In this document: piece by piece, positions 39,406-45,470 of the stretch
Numbering within the stretch: position 1 is the first letter of the stretch
How the letters are laid out: the number at the start of each line of letters is the position of its first letter
Virus record (IMG/VR): IMGVR_UViG_3300019487_000009
Location: 1 to 45,470 of that record
Strand: one strand, 5' to 3'
DNA length: 45,470 nucleotides
DNA from: a virus
Made by a program: the position numbers and the translations under genes
The notes under the pieces: generated by a model
What the model was told of the DNA's origin: nothing
The model's database searches: none
What the model saw: only the letters and a program-made list of their open reading frames with translations

Positions 39406-42400
39406 TTGGCCCTCGGTTCTTCCATCGGAAGACGGCGCCAGATTCGGTATGGCGGTGGGGCTGGGCCTGACTACGATTTTGAAACTCCCATTGCCAGGGG
39501 ACCAAATTACCTAGAGCAATTCATCTCTGCGGCAAGGGAATTTGGGGATATCCGAAGACGCCGGAAGATCGAAGAGGATCGTCGGGCCAAGGTTGAGGCT
39601 GAGATCAGGGCAGAAGAGCAAAAGGCCAAGGAAGCTCAGACCTCAACTATCCTGAACACTGCCCTACGACAGGCTGCGGTCGAGGCGCAGCAGCCGGGCT
39701 ATCAACCATCGACCATAGGGATGGAGGGTGGTCCAGCCGCCCGGCAGGCCGCGGCCTACGCCCTTGCCCAACCGAAGGTCCAGGAACAATTCTCAGAGGC
39801 CGAGGGCAAGGCGGCCCTGGAACGCCAAAAGCTGATTTCGGAGCAGACCGGTGAGCCGATTGCGGTAGCCAAGAAGGAACAAAGCCTTCGAGAGAAGTTG
39901 CTCGCGGAAGCCGAGAAGTTCCAAAGGGCCCGTGAATCTGCCTCAGAGAGGCAGGCCAATGCCAGGGAGAGACGGGCCCGGTCGCTCGAGGCCGCCCAAA
40001 TAGCTGAGGCCAATCGACAAGTTGGACTCACGCTGGCCGGACAGAGGGCGGAGATGGGGGCGGTTCGGCTCGCAGAAGACCCGGCAGCACTCTACCAGCG
40101 GGCAAAGAGTCAGCTCATTAACGAAGAAGAGCTCAGGACTGGTGTTCGTCCCCCAGCCGACACCATAGACCCGGCCGACATTCAGCGTCGGATGGCGGTC
40201 CTTGGAACTAGGGCCGAGGCCACCGCCGCTCTGGTCGGCAGGAAGATCCGGGAGCGGCCAGCCCCGGGCCGACTGCCCCCGGCCACTACCGAGGAAGACA
40301 TCGAAAGGGCTGGTGAGGTCAGGTACGTGATGAGGCCAGAGGCCAGGGGCATGAAGTACGCCGCCTGGCTCCAGGCCTTGGGCGATCCGCGTCTGGCCAT
40401 GCAAATGGCGGCCGAGGCCGCCCGGCAGGGCCGGGCCTTGGCCGATGCTGCCGCAGACCAGCCAGCCGAGGCCATTTCTGGGCGTACCGCTCCCGTTGAC
40501 TCGACCATCAGAAGTGCTGGAATTGGAAGCGGCAACAGGGCGCCAGCTCCACCTTCTGCAACCGCTAGAGCTGCTCGTGATAGAATGTTGATGCAGGGGT
40601 CGGGGAGAGCTGCCCCGCCTATGCCGGCTCAGCCCGCGCAAGGTCCCGCCCCCACCGCTCCCCTGGCCCCTGCCTTTCAGCCTACTCCGGCCCCCCAGCC
40701 TCCGGCCCCCCAGCCTCCGGCCGCCATAGCCCCAGTTGGGTCCCCAACCCTGCCACCGCCACAGCCAGAGGAAGAGCTATTACCGGAGGCCGGCTCACTT
40801 CAGGAGGCCATGTCTTTCCTGGTTCCTGGTGGACTTGGGATGGGGTTCCTGAGAAGGCAATCACCGGCTCTGGCTGGTGCCCTTGCACAGACTGCAAATG
40901 AGGCCTTTAATACTGCCATGGGCGCTCCAGGGCAACTGTTGCAACAGGCTGGAGTTGCGGCCGGATTGCCAGAGGATTGGAGGCAAAGGCTGGGGCAGCA
41001 ATGGCTCAGGCTTGCCAGGGCCCCAGGTGGGCCTGCGGTTGGAGCGTTTTTGCCCCCTCCAGAGCTTGGACCAGTAGAGAAGGCCATCGGTGGCCGGATT
41101 GGCGAGATCGTCACAGATCCGATGATGGCTCTGGGGGCCGGAGGCGGGAAGCTCTTCAACACATTGATGCAATTGGCTTTGGCCAAGGGTGGCGTCGAGG
41201 CGGCGGTCCAACTCCGCGAAGTAGCAAAGCAGCATGGCGTTGATTCTGAAGAGTTTAGGGTGACCGCTGCCCCACTGCTGGTGGACTTGGCCACCTTAGG
41301 TGGAATGCACGCCATCGGCAAAGCTCGTAGGATGGCCAGGGAGGCTCCAGGGCCGCCCCGCCAGGCCCCGCTAGAACTGCCCAGGGCCTCTGTCGCGGCT
41401 AAACCCAGGCCCGCCCCGGTGGAGCCGCCAGCGCGGCCCGTAGAGGCTCCTGCTCGGCCGGTCGAGACGGCCCCATCTGACACCGTCACGGTCTACCGTG
41501 GCGGGGGCGGTAGTGGGCATTGGACCACCGATATCGAGCGGGCGGCATCCTACGAGCCCGGGAAGACTGTCGAGAGCAAGACGATCACCAGGGATGAGTT
41601 TGCCGCCGGCCGTGCCGAGGCCGCTAGGCAGGGTCAGCCCACCACTACCGACACCTGGTTGGATGCTAACCAGGCTAGGGGCTCAAAGCCAGTAGAAGCT
41701 CCGAACGTAGCCCATGAGATCACGGATGAGGGTACCTCTCTGGCTGATCTTGAAAGGGAGCTTGGCGCCCAACCGGAAATATCGGCACCTGTGCCAAAAG
41801 TGCCTACAGTTTCGGCCGCGAAGCCGGCCGAGTCGGCGCCAGCGTTCGAGGGGGGGTTCAGGGCACCCACACAGGCAGAGATACAGAGCAGGGAACAGGC
41901 TGGCCTGAAACCAACAGTTACCGTTCCAGAAATGATAGAGCGGACTGGGGCCAAGCCGACAGAGGGCCCGCGGTACGCCGACCAGCCGAAGCCCAGTCGG
42001 TGGCGCATTCCGGGAATCGAACAGATCCGAAGGATGCTGACTCCAAGCAAAGAGCCGGTTGGAGCAAGAATCGCAGAGGGAATTGAGGGCACCAGAGACT
42101 ACTCCGAGGCCCAGGCCGGGAAGTCGGTGTACACGTTCGATCGGGCCCTTGACCAACTGAAGCAGTCGAGTAAGGCAGGCTTTGACAAATCCTGGGACAG
42201 GGTCGTGGATGCCCTGAATGGTGACAGGCCCGCTTCCGATTTGACTGGTCCAGAGCTGGAGATGTACAAGCCGACCCGTGCCGTCTTCAACGAGGCCAAG
42301 GCGGCGGCGGTAGATGCCGGTACATACTCTGGACAGGAGGTTGGACAATTCTTTCCACACATGAAGGGAGAGCGCGCTTCCTTCGACACTCTGGTGGATA

Positions 42401-44403
42401 GCCATCTAGAGTGGATGCGGAACACGCCCGAGGGTCAGAGTCGACTCGAGGCCCTCCGGACGAAGTACGAAGACAAGCTGGGTGGTCTTGATCTGAACGC
42501 CCCCGATCGTGAGCTGGCCGCGACGGATCTTCAGCAGAACTACGGAAACGAGGCGTGGTATCGGAAGTACGGACACCTGGAAAAGGCCAGGGCCGACTTC
42601 GCCACAAAGGACTGGCGCCGCGATCCGAACGTGGTCCGCGAATATCTACAGGGAGCTTGGGATCGGATTGCCTACGGCCGGTTCCTGGGTCCGAAGAGCG
42701 AGCTGGGAAAGCTGGCTGGCGGGCAACTGAGCCCGGAGCAACGCTCGTTCATCGCCGACCAAATGAAGCAGAGCTTTGGATATAAGCAACCTGACATAGG
42801 TGGGCCTGGCCCAGGTATGATCGCCAGGGAGTTTCGTGCCCTCCTGGGCCTGACTAAATTGGGCCTTGCTCCGATTCGGCAGATTGCACAGGGCGCGGTT
42901 CCCTCGGCCAAGGCGTTTAGCTACAGCGGAGCTAGGAGCACTTGGAACATGCTTAGGGCCGCAAAGGGTTACATTTTCGCCCACGGGAAGATCGCCCAAG
43001 ACGCTGTCCGGGCCGGCTCTACTGCTCCAGCCCTACGCAAGGAGATCACGGAGCGTTTTGGTGGGGCCGAGAAGGGGACGTATGTAGAGTGGCTCTTGAC
43101 GTTCGGTGGAAAATCTAAGACCCTGAATAAGTTCGTTCGCACAACTTACGGCATGGAGTTGTCCGATAAGGCTGTGCGTCAATACTCAGATCGCCTGGGC
43201 CGGCTCACGTTCATAGACGTTATCCGAAGAAAGAACAGGGCTGCCCTCGAAGAAATGCTTGGCAGTAAGGAGCTCGCAGACAAGGCCCTCTCCCTGGATC
43301 CTAACGGACTCGAGCAGGGACTTAGACAGGGCACGCTTGGACAGATGAGATTCCAAGCTGGCCCAAAGGGTGGTGTCACTACCGAAGCAACACGCATGCT
43401 TGGCGACACTCCGTCCGCGCTCATGGATAGGTTTGCCCAGCGCTTCGCCAACATGACTAACTTCAGAACCAGGGCCGAAAATATTCCACTTGCCTGGAAT
43501 AAGCCCGGGATGAAGGTCTTCAATACGTTCATGGCCTACCCATATCAGCACTGGCGCTGGCAGGTGAGCGAGGCGACGAAGTGGAACAACGCCAGGAAGG
43601 CCGGAAATAGGCAGGCCATGGGCAACTCCGCCAGGGCCCTTCTCAGCTATCACACCATGTTCGCTCCCATGTGGGGTGGGATGGCTCTCTATGCCCAGTC
43701 CCTGCTCAAGGGCCGAGGCCTGAACGAAGAGGATCTGTCGGCCCTGAAAGAAGAGGCTTCGACGCCACAGGAATTGCTGCGAAAGGGTTGGCAGATTTTC
43801 TCCAAGATTTCCGGGACTAAGCCACTCGACACCCGCGATGCCGGTGCGTTGGGCCTGGTACTCCAGGGCTTGCAGGCATGGCAGTACGCCGGAGGTTTCG
43901 GATACCCGCAGGCTATCCTCGAGCGTGGAGCTCGAACGTTCAACCTGTCCGGAGAGGAATTCCAGGACACAGGCCGTCGCGTGGCCGGATTCCTGGGGGC
44001 GCCGGCCCAGACGATCTACGATCTGGGCAAGGGGGCCACTGATTTCATCGAATACCTCGCCAACATGGACGATAAGCGGAAGTACACCCCGGCCAAGGTG
44101 AGGCAGCTCTACCGTGGCTGGATCGAGGCCATTGGGGGCAACATCCTCCCCAACCCCTACGGTCTCGGCCGGGCCGTCCTTACCGAGCTCAAAGAGCGGG
44201 TGGCTCCCAGCAAGAATTACCCCAACGTCAGCCCTGGCTGGCTGGGCTTTTTGTTCGGGACAGCGGAAGAGTGGACCCCTGAGCACGGGGTTACATCGGC
44301 CAAGGCCGAGATGCAAAGGCAGGCAATCAAAGCACTTGAAGAGCGCAAGCGGCGCAGGGCTCGCCTGCTTCGACAACGGCCAGCGCCGGCTGTGGTAGAA
44401 TAG
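39406..44403 (+). CDS. Giant virion protein (1665 aa); internal/ejection protein candidate
   Basis: TTG start 8 nt after SD gaggaa. Charged coiled-coil N-terminus, Pro/Ala-rich low-complexity middle, large helical C-terminal region. No catalytic motif recognised. Confidence 0.6.
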   Translation: MALGSSIGRRRQIRYGGGAGPDYDFETPIARGPNYLEQFISAAREFGDIRRRRKIEEDRRAKVEAEIRAEEQKAKEAQTSTILNTALRQAAVEAQQPGYQPSTIGMEGGPAARQAAAYALAQPKVQEQFSEAEGKAALERQKLISEQTGEPIAVAKKEQSLREKLLAEAEKFQRARESASERQANARERRARSLEAAQIAEANRQVGLTLAGQRAEMGAVRLAEDPAALYQRAKSQLINEEELRTGVRPPADTIDPADIQRRMAVLGTRAEATAALVGRKIRERPAPGRLPPATTEEDIERAGEVRYVMRPEARGMKYAAWLQALGDPRLAMQMAAEAARQGRALADAAADQPAEAISGRTAPVDSTIRSAGIGSGNRAPAPPSATARAARDRMLMQGSGRAAPPMPAQPAQGPAPTAPLAPAFQPTPAPQPPAPQPPAAIAPVGSPTLPPPQPEEELLPEAGSLQEAMSFLVPGGLGMGFLRRQSPALAGALAQTANEAFNTAMGAPGQLLQQAGVAAGLPEDWRQRLGQQWLRLARAPGGPAVGAFLPPPELGPVEKAIGGRIGEIVTDPMMALGAGGGKLFNTLMQLALAKGGVEAAVQLREVAKQHGVDSEEFRVTAAPLLVDLATLGGMHAIGKARRMAREAPGPPRQAPLELPRASVAAKPRPAPVEPPARPVEAPARPVETAPSDTVTVYRGGGGSGHWTTDIERAASYEPGKTVESKTITRDEFAAGRAEAARQGQPTTTDTWLDANQARGSKPVEAPNVAHEITDEGTSLADLERELGAQPEISAPVPKVPTVSAAKPAESAPAFEGGFRAPTQAEIQSREQAGLKPTVTVPEMIERTGAKPTEGPRYADQPKPSRWRIPGIEQIRRMLTPSKEPVGARIAEGIEGTRDYSEAQAGKSVYTFDRALDQLKQSSKAGFDKSWDRVVDALNGDRPASDLTGPELEMYKPTRAVFNEAKAAAVDAGTYSGQEVGQFFPHMKGERASFDTLVDSHLEWMRNTPEGQSRLEALRTKYEDKLGGLDLNAPDRELAATDLQQNYGNEAWYRKYGHLEKARADFATKDWRRDPNVVREYLQGAWDRIAYGRFLGPKSELGKLAGGQLSPEQRSFIADQMKQSFGYKQPDIGGPGPGMIAREFRALLGLTKLGLAPIRQIAQGAVPSAKAFSYSGARSTWNMLRAAKGYIFAHGKIAQDAVRAGSTAPALRKEITERFGGAEKGTYVEWLLTFGGKSKTLNKFVRTTYGMELSDKAVRQYSDRLGRLTFIDVIRRKNRAALEEMLGSKELADKALSLDPNGLEQGLRQGTLGQMRFQAGPKGGVTTEATRMLGDTPSALMDRFAQRFANMTNFRTRAENIPLAWNKPGMKVFNTFMAYPYQHWRWQVSEATKWNNARKAGNRQAMGNSARALLSYHTMFAPMWGGMALYAQSLLKGRGLNEEDLSALKEEASTPQELLRKGWQIFSKISGTKPLDTRDAGALGLVLQGLQAWQYAGGFGYPQAILERGARTFNLSGEEFQDTGRRVAGFLGAPAQTIYDLGKGATDFIEYLANMDDKRKYTPAKVRQLYRGWIEAIGGNILPNPYGLGRAVLTELKERVAPSKNYPNVSPGWLGFLFGTAEEWTPEHGVTSAKAEMQRQAIKALEERKRRRARLLRQRPAPAVVE

Positions 44404-44418
44404 AAATTGGAGGAATAG

Positions 44419-44676
44419 ATGGCTTTGCATGCCGAAGAGGGAACCACCGAGTACGATGCACAGGGCCGGAAGATTGGCTCAACCGGCTCTAGGGCCAAAG
44501 ACTACTTTGGGCCGACCGGTTTCGAAACCAGTGCCGCTGGCCTTGGGGCAAAGGCCGCCGAGATCCGCCGCAAGAAGGCCGAAGAGGCCAAAAAGAAAGC
44601 CGAGGAAGAGGCGAAGGCCAAGCCCAAGAAGAAGGCCAGCTACCGCGCTAAGCTACGTTCGGCGCTCGAGGGCTAA
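44419..44676 (+). CDS. Lys/Ala/Glu-rich basic protein (85 aa)
   Basis: SD ggagga. C-terminal KKAEEAKKKAEEEAKAKPKKK tract. Confidence 0.55.
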   Translation: MALHAEEGTTEYDAQGRKIGSTGSRAKDYFGPTGFETSAAGLGAKAAEIRRKKAEEAKKKAEEEAKAKPKKKASYRAKLRSALEG

Positions 44677-44677
44677 T

Positions 44678-44857
44678 ATGCCTGGGATGGCAGGAACAAT
44701 GAGGGAATTCAAAGAGGGCCGGCTGCACTCCGGCTCCAAAGAAGGCCCTATCGTCAAAAGCAGGGCCCAGGCGATTGCCATTGGACTTAACGAGATGCGC
44801 GACGTTGCCGGTGGACGCCGAAAACGGTACCGCAAAAAGCTTAGGGAGAAAATGTGA
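44678..44857 (+). CDS. Small conserved protein (59 aa), DUF6496-like
   Basis: MREFKEGRLHSGSKEGPIVKSRAQAIAIGLNE matches my memory of the EFK.G.L.SGS....V.SRKQAIAI family. Internal Met of listed ORF 44429..44857. Confidence 0.55.
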   Translation: MPGMAGTMREFKEGRLHSGSKEGPIVKSRAQAIAIGLNEMRDVAGGRRKRYRKKLREKM

Positions 44858-45470
44858 ACAGTCGTGAGCTCAGAGCCGGGCCGATAGTGCCGCTGGTGAT
44901 GGTGACACTGGCCATCGCCGGATGCTCAATCATTTCAGGCGCGGTCAGAAAATGTCTCCAGGACCCGACCTGCGCCGTGCCGCGGCCCGAGCCATCTCCC
45001 AGCCCGACGCCAACTCCGGTCCCGACGCCGACTCCAGAGCCGTTTCCGACCCCATCCCCAGAACCGATATGCGAGATCCCCGAGGGCATTACTTGCGAGC
45101 AGCCGATCGGTGAGGGCAATTTCTGGCGCCAGGTGGACGGGGCCATCCGGACGGTTCGCTCCGCCCGCCCCGACTGGTTTGGCCCGAGCCCGCTCGGGGA
45201 CGATAGCGTACAGATCAGGGCGAAGGACGGATCGAAGCTGGAGCAGAACAATCCCGCGTGGCACTTCGTTGATGCCGTGATTGAAGAGCTCCTGACCAGG
45301 GGCTTGTGCGCCAGACGCGAGGGAGAAGAGATTGCGGTCGCTCGCCCGGAGACTGGGATCTACGAGGCCTACCATGTTGTGATCCAGGCTCCGCCATTGG
45401 CGCCTCGCACGGCCTACGGCCAGGGCATGTTCAAGGCCTGGTGCAGGGTTCAGACGGTCCCCTCCGATCC
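44854..45470 (+). CDS. N-terminal part of the junction-spanning lipoprotein (continues at 124..487 of the circular map)
   Basis: GTG in a GTGA overlap with the upstream stop. Signal plus lipobox PLVMVTLAIAGC. Pro/Thr/Ser linker PEPSPSPTPTPVPTPTPEPFPTPSPEP. No stop before the window end. Confidence 0.7.
   Translation, partial: MNSRELRAGPIVPLVMVTLAIAGCSIISGAVRKCLQDPTCAVPRPEPSPSPTPTPVPTPTPEPFPTPSPEPICEIPEGITCEQPIGEGNFWRQVDGAIRTVRSARPDWFGPSPLGDDSVQIRAKDGSKLEQNNPAWHFVDAVIEELLTRGLCARREGEEIAVARPETGIYEAYHVVIQAPPLAPRTAYGQGMFKAWCRVQTVPSD
45348..45470. repeat. Terminal direct repeat, copy B; identical to 1..123
   Basis: Base-by-base comparison with the window start. Confidence 0.95.

Noticed and set aside
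41479-41600. Possible ADP-ribosyltransferase R-S-E signature (VYRGGGGSGHWTTDIERAASY) in the giant protein
   Set aside because: Only the YRG and a loose S/T-T motif are present. No downstream ExE strand or surrounding beta-structure pattern follows. This is too weak without a profile search.

Overview
The window is one complete dsDNA tailed-phage genome. Bases 1-123 are identical to 45348-45470, so the unit length is 45,347 bp and the molecule is circular or circularly permuted. One lipoprotein gene runs across this junction. The sequence is visibly GC-rich. All calls come from reading the sequence and ORF track and from motif recall; no database search was run.

Architecture: a rightward unit of about 38 kb runs 22633 -> window end -> 1 -> 15403. 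A leftward operon of about 6.4 kb (21818 -> 15440) holds 23 small, mostly translationally coupled ORFs. The two are separated by an 814-bp ORF-free, repeat- and G-rich control region (21819-22632).

Rightward unit, in order:
- Early/middle genes: GNAT acetyltransferase, Toprim primase plus AAA_25-type helicase, a lipoprotein, a membrane protein and a dNTP pyrophosphohydrolase-like gene.
- Late genes behind a promoter-like site at 29844-29871: scaffold, HK97-like major capsid protein, small virion proteins, adaptor-like and tail-tubular-like proteins, Pro/Ala/Gln-rich internal proteins and a 1665-aa giant protein.
- A junction-spanning lipoprotein.
- A lysis cluster: holin candidate, two secreted proteins, a SleB-type endolysin with a SAR/signal-like N-terminus, and a TM coiled-coil protein.
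- Portal, a fibre-like protein, a further fibre-like protein and a MazG-like gene.
- YqaJ exonuclease, Sak4-like ATPase and Hjc-like resolvase.
- TerS candidate and a TerL encoded in separate cistrons.
- SSB and a DnaQ-like exonuclease.

No tape-measure, tube or sheath gene was recognised, so the virion looks podovirus-like. I also recognised no integrase, repressor, DNA polymerase, RNA polymerase, tRNA or CRISPR array.

Most notable observations:
- The fibre-like protein after the portal carries 39 tandem G-[DN]-[VL]-[TS] tetrapeptides. Its C-terminal domain has a stalk-less paralogue 28 kb away.
- TerL is split by a 67-aa zinc-ribbon cistron.
- The SSB tip DDDVPF is followed by a 23-residue hydrophobic extension.
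- An AGCTGTCCCC / GGGGACAGCT repeat array and tandem G-quadruplex motifs lie between the divergent promoters.
- A conserved 10-mer sits 12 nt upstream of an extended -10 at two operon starts.
- The leftward operon is rich in zinc-ribbon proteins and has two HExxH proteins.
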